In this document: positions 52,519 through 64,000 of the stretch, in pieces
Position numbering within the stretch: position 1 is the first letter of the stretch
Layout: each line of letters starts with the position of its first letter
Source of the DNA: the human T2T-CHM13v2.0 reference genome, Homo sapiens
DNA: 64,000 nucleotides
Strand: one strand, 5' to 3'
NCBI RefSeq assembly: GCF_009914755.1
Contig: NC_060937.1
Position numbers and translations under genes: made by a program
The notes under the pieces: model-generated
Told to the model about the DNA's origin: nothing
Seen by the model: only the letters and a program-made list of their open reading frames with translations
Databases searched by the model: none

Positions 52519-55500
52519 TTTTGACAGCATTAGCAAGCATGGTTTTATATCTAGGGGACCTTTAGAGAGATTAAACCATATAAGCACATTATTAAATTGA
52601 GGTCAGACATTAAAATCTCTTAATTTGTTTATCCTTTTCAGTATTGCATTTAGTTTTATAAATAAGGAAATAAAGGCCTCAGAAAAATTATATCATGTTG
52701 TCTGTGGTCTCAGCTAGGAGTGGAAGAGATAGCATTTTATGTTCTATCTGAATAATATCAGGGCCTATGCTCTTAAGTCACACAGTTGGCTGTGTCAGCT
52801 AATTCATTGTCACACGTTTATTACTGATAATACAGTTTTGCACGAAAGTTTTGCTTTTCACATATTTTTCAACTGTCTTATATGTTTAGACTTATTCAAG
52901 AAATCAACATAAAGTCTTGTAGGATTTGTCATTCTCCAAAGGGGTGAAAGTTATGTGGAAAATGTGTAAACCATTTTCAATATGTTCAAGAAAGAGTTAT
53001 CTGTTCTTTCTTCCCCCTTTCTCATTTTCCCTTTTTCTTTGAAGGTCTTTATTTTTGTCCAAATGGAGATAAATTCTCTAGCACAGACTACCAGGGGAGA
53101 GGACTTTGACCTCTTGAGAACACTCAGAAATCTTTAAAGTGACTGTCTCGTCAGGAAAAGAGTCATGAAAGAATCATCAGTGACCCCCTGTGAGGACGTT
53201 AGTGATGGCCCCATCAGAGTCCCCAGCAAATACAGGTGACATGGGGGCCGCTGGGCACTGCCTCATTAGCAGATGTGATTTACGGCTTCACATCTCTGGG
53301 CAAGAGATGGAGTGGAAGGAAAACACCGCGGCAGGGATTTCCACGGGATGTGCAAATTAAGGGTTTCCAAAGGCATCATTTATTTTCTCTGATATGTTTA
53401 GACTTCTGTCTTTCAGGATAGATTCAAAGATAAACATGTATAAGCCTGCTGTGATATCATAGATTTGAAAACAGGAGAGAGAAAAAGGCCGAGTGGACGC
53501 ACTGAATGTTTAAAAAGACTTCTTGGGTTTATTTTTCTAACTGTAAGAGTGATTTATATTTTTTGTAAAAAATTAGAAAATACAGACAAACAAGAAGAAA
53601 GAAAATGGCATTCACAATCCCCCCAACTAGGGATTAGCACTGTTGACAATTGGTTGTGAAGTCTTGATCTCCTTCTGTGAAAACACTTTTCATTGGACGA
53701 AGGGTTACACCTTTTACAATATGCAAAGTTAAAGGTTATACACAGTTTCTATGTCAAATTTGTTTTTTAAAAGCATAATGGTGTTCTGTTATATGAAAAC
53801 ACAGCAATTAATTTATTCCTAATTGATGGATAGTCAGTTTAACAATGTTTTTTACATGAATAGTTGCAAAGACACTTGATGATGTCCATAAAACAATAAT
53901 GGATTCAAGGATAAGCAACATAGAAACTTGCAAAAGGGCTTGTAGCCTTAGACTCAGAAAGTAAGATGAATTGGCTTAGAGTCAGAGAGAGATGACTAGT
54001 AGCTTAGTCCCTGCTGGGACAAACATATTCTCCTCTGTTTAGTAAGCATAGTATGGATTCCAAGCCCCAGTTTGGGGTTTGTTAGCCTCACTAAGAAAGG
54101 GGAGCAGTTTAGAGGTTATTTTGTGAAAGTATGTATATGTATACATGTATATATATACTGTCCAACATTTTAACACACTGGCAGTGTATCATTCCCAACG
54201 TCAGGTCAGTCTTCCAGCCTATCCTAAGCTTATCACTCACTTAGCCTGCATTAAAAAACCTGGTGGACATCTGTCTTAACTTTAGACTACTTAATGTAGA
54301 AAAGAACTGGCTCTTCTGATTTGGTTCCTTCCCCAGCTTAGCTTTTTTACCTTAATGAGGCATGATGGATAATAGGAAATCAGAACGTTATGCATTTTGT
54401 GTGTGGTATCCTTCAGCCTGTGAACTACACACAGAATTATGTCAAAACAGAGTTCAGATGCAGTAATTAGAATTGTACCACCAATTGTGTTTTAGTTGGC
54501 CTCCATATTGGTAGGGATCCAATTGTACACTTGCACAAATAAAACTTTTCTTTAGTTTCATTCATGATGTGATTTCTCAGCATCATGAACGTTTAGTTAT
54601 AAGCCAGCTTCCTACTTTGACATCCTATTCCAGAGAGCATTATTAACTTGTCGAGGCTGTAAGTCTATCCTTGGGCTGTTTGATTGTGGCTTAGTATATA
54701 TTTGCCCATTTGTTGATTGCATGCAATTAAGGTAGAATTCACTTTTAGATAGGTTTTTTTAAATTTAACTCTAACATGAATGCTATTGTTTGAATGATTA
54801 CAGCAATTTTATTTGGTTCTAAATGGCTTCATTGTTATTTTATTAAGGATGAGAGCGCTCAGATGTAATAGTTCTTCAGCACCATCTTGGAAAAAAAATT
54901 TCTCAAAGCCCAAAGCTTAAACACTGTTTTTCCACCCACAGATCTTACCATAATTTCTCTAGAATAAAACTAGACTGATGCAGATTTTGTAGTATATTAA
55001 AAATAGCTCACGTGAATCATTGTAGAGGCCAGAATATGTAGAGACTTGAGTATTAATCTAAAGTAGGAAAAGGAAACCATTTCTAAATAATTATTTACAG
55101 CTTAGGAAAAAAAACAAGCTTTTTGAAATTAAAGCTAATTTTGATGATAGCACATTTAGAAATGGAGGGCAATTCTCATCTTAAATACCTATTGCAGCAA
55201 ATAATTTATATGAATTACTCTATAAGATCAATTTCTAACTGTTAGGGATTTCTGACGTTTTGATTCCCCTCTAACTAAAAGTTATATATCATCACTATCT
55301 GGGTGTTACTATTTCAGGTGAGAAATTTTTTAAAAAGTAGCGTATCAACTTTGTTTCTTATGTCCTGGACTAATAAAACAATTTGGTGGGGAGCAATATA
55401 GTACATGTGATAAAAATGTGGACAAATATTTAGTATAAGATTGAAAATACAGGAAGCTCTTCTGCTTGTCAGCTATGAGCAACTGAGTGAATAGACGTGG

Positions 55501-57992
55501 ATAACATGTTGAGAATACTTGCCAAGGGGCATTTAATAATGAGGATTGATCTATAATAATATGCTGTGTAATTGGGAACACATCTCTTTGGAGTTTTTTT
55601 GGCTTATAAAATTATTACCATATCATTTTGCTTATATAGTAGACCTACTTTTCCTAATGGTTCTGAAACCTGATTTACATGGCACAAGTTCCCCTCCACT
55701 GAGTACCTTCACACTAGTGTTTGTTTGCAGAAGCTCAGATGCAAACTGAACAGTGGGAGTAATGAAGCCCTTTCCTCTTTTGGCAGTAGTCTAAGAATTA
55801 TGGTAATAGGGTCTGTGTGATCTCCCATCCATCCGCTCTGCAGCTTTCAACACATGGGGACCCTTGTGAGACACCAGAAGACCTCACAGACACATGACTT
55901 TTCAAGACTTTTCCTGTGTTTCTTTTTTTCCTTTCCCCTTTTTCATGAATGATTACTTCATCAGTGCATGTCATTTTTGACAATACTGCTTGCCAAATGA
56001 AACAGGGTGATACGAGGTCACACTGTGGCCTAAAATTCTGAAGTAGAAGCTCATAATATTTGGCATCTTTCCTACTAGAAAAACAAACCAGAAAAGAAAA
56101 TCAAGAACAGAGCTTAATTAAACATGTGGAATATGTCATGAATATTTATGTCCCCAAGTCTTGCCTTGTGATGGTATTTGTACTTAAAGTGCTTTTTCTC
56201 CTCTTTCCTGTGAAATAATTCAGAATGTGTTTCATTAATACAAGAATGTGTCATGTTAACTTTCATCAGGAAAAAATTTCACTTCTGACAACACTGACAC
56301 CTTTCTGATTGAAAGTATGCAAAATAGCTCTTACGTTAATTGGTCCCAAAGAAAATTATGTTATCCATTTTCCTGTCTATACATCTGACACTTTCCCTCA
56401 TCTGTCACCTCCTGAATTATCAATGCTTTCCCTTGCCTGATTTTGACAGCCAGTATTCTGCCTATGACTTTAAAAACCATAAAAAAAAAACTCCATCCTG
56501 GGAGCTTTACTGTCCTCCAGTTTGAATAGGAAGCCCCAAGATTACAGTCAGCAAGGTGTAGCCACATCTACTACTATGCCACATCTAGACTGCAGTTTCT
56601 CTATTTTAAGCCTCTCCCATTGTTTCTTACTCGTTGAACTTTAGAGAGGAAACAAATGACAAAGAGGAATGTTTATACTTTTTTAATATTTAGTCTTATT
56701 TAGGGTCACAAGTAAATTTTGTCAGCAGGAGCTAGGTCAGACTGACAGAGCTAACTAAAGTTGCCAAATTTTGGGAGCCTGTGCTTGGTTTGAGTTTTAT
56801 GATTGGTGATGTCTGCGCCTTATGACCATTGTCATCTGCAGAGCTTTGCTGGGTCAGCAGAGTCTGAGAGGGTCTGTTGAATGATTTGGTTTCTGTTGTT
56901 TCTTGTTAACCAGTTAACTGAGCTCTGTGAGAGTCCCAGGGCTGAATTGTCGCCAGTGGTTTAGTTTCTGACAGGCCTGTAAGTGAGAGAGGCAGACAGA
57001 CAGAGAGACAGACAGACACCCCCTCCCCAACCGTCCCATCAAATTCTTGACACCTGGGTCATCTGAGCAAAACAGAGCATGCATTTTTTTCTCTTACTAA
57101 GCAAGTATTCATAGTGGCGTCCTTTCACCACTTGGACACACCAATCATTAAAGACCAAAGTAAATACACCAAGTTGAAGATAATCCTTTCACAAATATAC
57201 AAGTGCCAAGTTAAAACTGCCTGTCAATCATTTGTGCATTTTTCCTTACTCTTGTCTGTTTTAATGGATGGGTGTGGTATGAAGATATTAGAGCTTGAGA
57301 AATTAGGATTCCTGTGTTATCACAATTATTTTGCCTCTTTACAGATGATTGAACCTTAAGTTCTTAATTTCTCTATATAAAATCATGATGAATAGATACT
57401 GAGTTTTTTTTCTGAAACAGAATAACAATAGTAGGGAATATATGTTTCTATGTAGATACATGAACACATGACTATACATTTAAGCTCAATGTTTTCAAAC
57501 GATGATGCTTCACATTGAGAAATGAATTTTGAATTATCAAATATGGGAACAAGTTTAACAATAATATAGAAGCAGATTAAGTCTTTTTTTAAGGGAAAAA
57601 AGTAAATGTTGAATGATATTAGTTTAATGACACTTAGATCTGAATTTATAATCCCGTGTACCTATAACTGTAGTATTAGCCTATGCCAATATAAACCTAG
57701 TTATAATACTTAAAAATAATGAATAATGAATGCAATTAAGGGCTGATACCAACATTTCTTGAAGTTTTGAAATAATTATAATTAGAGATGTTAAAGAAAT
57801 AAAGTAGGATCTTTCTGTGGTCATATTTGTGTTTCCTTTATTTGAAATCTGCTGCCAAGAGTCTTCAGGATAACTCATCGCTGGGTGTCTTGCATTTCTA
57901 CATTTCTACTTCAGAATGTCTCAAGCTCAAGATTTCTTTGGTTTAGTTTCACATGTGTTTAGATAATGTTGTGGAGAAGGAGGAGACTTTTA

Positions 57993-58345
57993 TTTTTTTT
58001 AATTTTTAATTTTAAAGTATGGATACGTACTAATTGTACATATTTATGGGATAAATGTGATGTTTTGATACAGGCATACAATATGTAATGATCAGATCAG
58101 GGTAATTGGGGCGTTATCACCTCAAGCATTTATCTTTTCTTGAGTGTTAGGAACATTCCAACTCCGCTGTTTTAATTATTTTGAAATATACAATAAATTA
58201 TTGTTAACTATAGGTGTCCTGTTGTGCTACTGAGCATCAGATCTTATTCCTTTTATCTTACTGTATGTTTGTACCCGTTAGCCAACCCCTCTGTATCTCC
58301 CATCCTCACCACTGTTCCCAGCCTCTGGTACCCAGCATTCTACTT
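57993..58345 (-). mobile_element. 5'-truncated L1MA 3' end
   Basis: ttgtacatatttatggg...caggcatacaatatgtaatgatcagatcagggtaattggg. TSD aggaggagactttta / aggagaggactttta. Confidence 0.88.
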
Positions 58346-58734
58346 AGGAGAGGACTTTTAGACATCTTATAGGTCTCCGTAAGATCTATTTTGTATTTGA
58401 TCCTAATATTTTTTTGAAACAGGCTTTTATTAGTGTGGTTGAACAGGTAACCACACTGCTTGTCAGGCCAGCTCCCAGGACTGGCCAGGCTGTTCACTGT
58501 GACCCAACTTGAGGGAGTACCTACTGTTTAAGGTTGTTGGGTGAACACAAATGGCACAACCTTTGCCTGCCTAGAGGGCTCAATCTGGTGGGAAGGCCAG
58601 TCTGGTTATGACAAATGGTAACACAGTCACAGCATGAGGTGCTATGAAAGCTGAATCTTGGGAGATGACACAGCCTAGTAAACTCCAAGGGATGAGTGTG
58701 TGGTGGGAAATCCTAATGCCATCAAGAGGCTAGC

Positions 58735-59240
58735 ACTCAAGCTATCGTGATGTCCAGACCCTCTGCAAACACTAACATCTACTACTCCTGAGAATCCTGA
58801 AAATGAAGAGGAAAGTTATTGCTCTTATTTTATAGGTTAGCGAACTGAGGCATAGACTAACAAAGATATATCCTGAGGTCCTCTAGGTATTTTTTTTGTT
58901 TTCTGAGTCAGAGTCTCACTCTGTCGCCCAGGCTGGAATGCTGTGGTGCGAACTCAGCTCACTGCAACCTCCGCCTCCCAGGTCAAGTAATTCTCCTGCC
59001 TCAGCCTCCGTAGTAGCTGGGATTACAGGGGGCGTGCCACCACACCCAGCTAATTTTTGTATTTTTAGTACAGACAGGGTTTCACTATGTTGACGAGGCT
59101 GGTCACGAACTCCTGACCTCAAGACACCAGCCCTCCTCGGCCTCCCAGAGTGCTGGGATTACAGGCGTGAGCTACCGCGCCTGGCCAGTCCTGTAGGTAT
59201 TAATGAACAGTTTCAGGATTTGAACTCTGGAGTCCATGCT
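58735..59240 (-). mobile_element. MIR split by an Alu
   Basis: attttataggttagcgaactgaggcatag before the Alu and caggattttgaactc after it. Confidence 0.55.
58892..59186 (-). mobile_element. AluS-type SINE
   Basis: TSD gtcctctaggtatt (58878-58891) / gtcctgtaggtatt (59188-59201). Confidence 0.95.
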
Positions 59241-59309
59241 GAGAGACTATTCTAAAGATAATGGTATGGAATTAAAGTATTTTGAGCAGAGTAGCAGAGC
59301 TAGATCACA

Positions 59310-59443
59310 GGCTGGGCATGGTGACTCATTTCTGTAATCCCAGCATTTTGGGAGGCTGAGGCGAAAAGGTTGTGTGAGGCCAGGAATTCTAAACCAGCCT
59401 GGGCAACACAGTGAGACCACATCTCTATATTTAAAAAAAAAAA
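59310..59443 (+). mobile_element. FLAM_C / Alu left monomer
   Basis: ggctgggcatggtgactcatttctgtaatcccagc...gagaccacatctcta followed by A11. Confidence 0.85.
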
Positions 59444-61977
59444 TTTTTTTTTAAAGCAAACAGAGCCTTAGGAGAAGGCAACACTATGGAGGTCAAGTTA
59501 GAGTTCATATGCAAGGTAGAGGCCCGTGTAATACTTCAATTTAGCACATGTTAGACTTCCACTAGGGTCACAAGTCTCTGGCACATAGTAGGTGTTAGAA
59601 AGAAAAGTTGGACTGAATTTCCAGATTCTCTGGAATGGACTATGATCCAGATTTATAGTCATTTAAGAGTTAGAATCTGTAATTCTTAGTGACTGACTGA
59701 ATGTACTTGGGGATGGTGAGATGGGGTAGAGATGAAGCACTGCTGTAAGAGAGCTCATGTCAGAGGGGGTCCTGGAGGAGGAGTTCATTTCCAGCATTGT
59801 GAGATGTTTAGAATTACCACCAGCTGCTGGGTGTTCACTTCTGGTGCAGGTAGGATTCTGCCAAGCCCATATTCTCCCAGTTACAGGCTATCAATCTATC
59901 TGAAGCTAGAAAAAAAATGCCTCCTTATTTATTTATTTTGTATCTAGCATTTACAGAATGCCCATTTCTGGTTAGTCACCATAGTGTACAGGGCTATAGG
60001 ATGAAAAGGAGAGAGAAACCATGAGTCAAGGATACAGTCTCACTCCTGTATCAAGTTACTTTGCTTCAACCAGATGTATTTATTAGACTGCTCTTTGACT
60101 TTTGGCTTAATGGGTCAGGGGTGTCCACAGAGTTCCCCATTAGAAAGGAATTCTTCTACCTATCTCTCAGTCTGCACAGTACCATGAGGGTCTTCATCTT
60201 CCAGGTGTGGAGGTGGCTTATGTCAGTTAGTGCTGCTGCCCACTAGAAACCCTGGAGCCTGGAAGATGAGGCTTGTAGGAAATACCTCTTTCTAGGTGCA
60301 CACTCAGGACTACGAGAAATGTTGAGGAAGGTGAAGGATTCTCCCATAACTCAGTCCTCCTGGGCAGGTGACTGGCGGGGCCAGACTTTGAGCATCCTTG
60401 CTGAATAATAAGCCTGTTTGGTATGAAATCCATGTGCTACTGATAGCAGGGTAATCCTGTGGATTTGCTGAAACCATAAGGGACTAGATGATACATAAAA
60501 AGGATATCAGTGATTCCACGAGTGTGTAACACGAGACAAAAGACATAATAAAAGCCAACCTAATACTAAGCTTAGATTTCCATACTGCTCAGGCTATGTA
60601 TTAAAAATTCTTACTGTAGAATTTTTAATCAACTGGAGTTTTCTAGTAAACTGAATTGGTGTATGTTAAAAGGGTCGGAAAGTCGGGTAGGGATGATGGG
60701 TGGGGAGAATTGCTTGAGTAAGAGATAGTAGCCTTAAGAATATTTCCTTGCAAAATATACCTGGGTATTCTTCATGTTTAAAACTATGTGATTCCAGCAA
60801 AGATAAGTTATTTCATTTGATAAAAGCAAAAGTAAGAATTATCCTCATGGAACTAAAACCCTGTTATATTTAGTTTACTATACCATGTCTTCCATTAAAA
60901 CTATCCTGAGATTAACTTGATTTATCTTGTCTCAGTTTAAGTTTAGCAATTTAATCCCTAAAAATGTAGATAGTGCTCATTGTATAGAATTCTCCCCTTT
61001 CCCAAAATGATGTACGCTTCTCTTTTACTAAATTCTCAACTTTGTTAGCCCACTCCATATTTCAGTCTTGCTGTAAGTTTTAGAAAGCAGAAATCGCATC
61101 TTCTATTTCTAACTTGAAAGGCATTTTTTACAACTCTGTGTAACAAATGTCATCGTTCCCACTACGTCTGTTTTTTTCTGATAGGGCTAAGAGGCAAGTT
61201 TTATTGATTTAGAATTTTTCACCAGTTTATATGCATTATGCTCTTCAAACTTGCTTTTATGTGTGCATGAAAGGATATTGATTTAGAACAAATTTATATT
61301 AGCCCACTTTTCAAAACCCTGCAGCCAATCAGCATTATTTTTGGTGCTACAGCTTTCATGTAGACGTTCTGCAGGAAAAAACCAGAAAGCTCTCATTGCC
61401 TTGTACCGAGATTCTCAGTCAGGAGTCTAGAAAAGTCTTTCTTGAATCTAGTAGTTAGTGATTCATAAGTTTTTGTTGTTTATAACTTAGTACTTTTTTC
61501 TGAGGCGATTCTAGTCAATTCACAAGTCTCCTAAGGATTATTTCAAATGCAGGTCACTTCGTGTTCTTGAGATGACTTTGAAATCCATCTGTGTGTGTGC
61601 TGAATGAATATTGAGCATATGTGTCGCAAATATGTTTCCTGACAAACAACGTGCCATGTTCTGGGTCCTGGGGAGCTAGCAGCTACCGTGGTGGACAAGA
61701 TCAGCACAGCCCAGCACAACCCCTGCCTCTGTGAGACTCAGGGCCTGGGAGAAGAGCTGGCCAGTAAAAATTACGTAGACTGTACAGTTATGAATTAGAT
61801 GCTTGGTCTCTTGTATTTCAGCAATTAGATGCCTTTGATCTTAGGTACGTTGAATTCTTAAATTTATCAGCTTCTCTAATGCTGTAGGCTGATATAGATT
61901 TCTGTGGCTATCCTTAACTATCAGCTTTGATTAACCCAGAGTTTGGTGTTCAAAAAGAAGCTGTATCCCTCTGCTAA

Positions 61978-62036
61978 AAGAAAGAAAGGAAGGAAGGAAG
62001 GAAGGAAGGAGGGAGGGAAGGAAGAAAGGAAGAAAA
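61978..62036 (+). repeat. Polypurine (GGAA)n/(GGAG)n microsatellite
   Basis: Five consecutive GGAA at 61988-62007, then GGAG and further GGAA units. Confidence 0.92.
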
Positions 62037-62089
62037 CCTTCTGGTGACCTCTCAGAATTAAATTTAAAAACCTAGTGGGATGCTGCTTC

Positions 62090-62500
62090 TCCCTTGCTTT
62101 CTGTGTCCCGGCCACATTGGACTCCTTTCTGTTCCTTTGGCTCTCAAAGCAGGCTTTGCCCCAGGACTATAACAGGATTTTGCCCCACTGACACATGGCA
62201 AACTCACCTGATTCAGGTCTTTGCTCAAATGTCACCCTCTCAGCTCAAGGCAGGGTACCTTGAGTACTCTGGCTCTGTTAGTGCCACTTTCCATAGCTTT
62301 ATTTTGCTTGATAGCATTTACCACTACCTGACATACTATTATACTTTTGCCTAATTATTGATAATCTGTCTCCACCCAACAGAATGTTTGTTTCATTAGA
62401 GCAGAGATTGTGTCTCCTTAGCCTTCTCTTCCATCCTCAGCACTGGAAATGACACGAGACACGTAATGAACACTCAATAAATATTGGTGAATGAATGAAT
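62090..62500 (+). mobile_element. L2a 3' end
   Basis: ttcaggtctttgctcaaatgtcacc...cactcaataaatattggtgaatgaatgaatga. Confidence 0.8.
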
Positions 62501-63182
62501 GATGTGATAGGCTAACCAAACCTTCACTTTCTTGGAGGCAGCCTACTCCCTTCTCATGACAGTTGCTGAAGTTATGCTGAGAACAGTGGTGATTGTAACT
62601 ATGGAAAATGTTTAGGGTGTCAGGGTCAACTTTTTTCTCCTTTGGTTATTTGTCCAATGCAGGGCACCTGCTTAGCTACTTTTATCTCCATGTTCTTGGC
62701 TATCTACTTGTAGGAAATAGATACCCATGTAAGAGAATGCAAAAGTCTCTTGGAGGAACCAAGGAGCCTTATGTATCCAAGTTAGCATGTACTGAGTGCA
62801 GGGTGCTCTTAAGATCTCTGCTTGGACACTAGAAATAGAAAAAAATATGTATGAAGAAGTTTGGATAAATGCTTCATTTGAAAGTTATATACCTTAGTAT
62901 TTGCTTTCCCATTCTCATGCCACTTATGAAGGGTGAAGTTGGCTTCATTGACAGCTAATACTGTTGAAGTCTATTGTAAAATCAGTTCATTAGGTTAGTG
63001 TCTATTGAGCAACTACTATGTGTATGTGTTGTGTTGGGAGTAGTGCAAGATGAGGCTGGAGGAGAAAACTGGGGCCGAATCACCCAGGTCTGCAAGTCTC
63101 ATTGGAACTTGGACTTGCTCCTCAGTGCAATGTGAAACCTTTGAAAAATTTTAGCAAAGGAATGATGTGGTCAGATTTGTAT

Positions 63183-64000
63183 TTTTAAAATAACAGCTTT
63201 ATTGAAATATTAGCATACCATGTAATTCACACATTTGAAGTATACAATTCAATCAAATTAGTATACTCATACAGCAGTATAACTATCACTACTACATTCC
63301 ATTTTAGAACATTTCATCATCCCCAAAAAGAAACCCTGTACCAATTAGTCATTCCCAATGTCTCTCCAGTTCCCCAGCCCAAGGCAACCACTTATTTACT
63401 TTCTGTCTCTATAGATTTACCTGTTCTGGACATTGCTTTGCAACTGGCTTTTCCCACTTACTGTAAAGTCTTCAAAGGGTCATTCATGTCGTAGCATTTC
63501 AATTCTTTTTATTGCCAAAAAATATTTCATTGTATAGATATATCACATGTAGTTTATTCATCACTTGGCGGATAGTTAGGTTGTTTTTACTTCTTGGCTA
63601 CTATGAATTATACTTCTATAAACATTCATCTACAAATTTTTGTGTGGACATATGTTTTCATTTCTCTTGGGTATATACCTAGGAGTGGAATTGCTGGGGT
63701 ATATGGTCACTCTATGGTTAACCTTCTAAAACAGAACTGCCAGACTGTTTTTCTAAGTGGCTACACCACTTTACATTTCATACATTACACCCCATACATT
63801 TCCACTAGCAATGTGTGAGGGTCCCAGTTCCACCACATCCTTGCCAAAACTTTCCTTTTTTAAGTCATAGCCATCCTAGTGGGTATAAAGTGGTATTTCA
63901 CTGTGGTTTTGATTTGCATTTCCCTGATGATTAAAGATGTTGAACAACTTTTCATGTGTTTGTTAGCTACAAATAACCAGAATATCTTCCTTGGGAAATA
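63183..64000 (-). mobile_element. L1MB-type 3' end (continues past the window)
   Basis: aacagctttattgaaata...catcatccccaaaaagaaaccctgtacc...gggtatatacctaggagtggaattgctggg...gatttgcatttccctgatg. Confidence 0.88.

Noticed and set aside
54874-54890. REST half-site TTCAGCACC (also at about 35116)
   Set aside because: The right half-site GGACAG is absent.
56561-56587. Short direct repeats (gccacatcta x2; similar 11-13-bp repeats at about 35694 and 38588)
   Set aside because: Ordinary slippage micro-duplications with no array structure.

Overview
Primate (most likely human) genomic DNA that is almost entirely intronic. The only supportable protein-coding sequence is one 173-nt internal exon on the + strand (47059-47231, phase 0 in, phase 2 out). 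It encodes [58 protein letters not shown], which I recognise as part of the P4-ATPase phospholipid flippase ATP8A2. More than 47 kb of upstream intron and more than 16 kb of downstream intron surround it. The rest is repeats and unique intronic sequence: about 18 Alu/FLAM copies (many with clear target-site duplications), L1 fragments, L2, MIR, a near-complete Tigger1, a full MER11 solo LTR with a perfect 6-bp TSD, MST/MLT1 LTRs and MER DNA-transposon fossils. All other ORFs in the track are repeat-derived or chance. I do not see a new multi-gene biological system. The most unusual signal is a compound templated-insertion or inversion scar at 24.6-25.6 kb (18-bp palindrome, perfect 29-bp inverted copy about 0.9 kb away, and a fold-back). 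Other items worth checking are a dense run of dyads and TF-like motifs at about 7.0-7.3 kb, candidate recursive splice sites and poison/cryptic exons, an AT-rich palindrome, several local duplications and a 27-kb Alu-free block. Repeat family and subfamily names come from my recall of consensus sequences, and boundaries of old elements are approximate.
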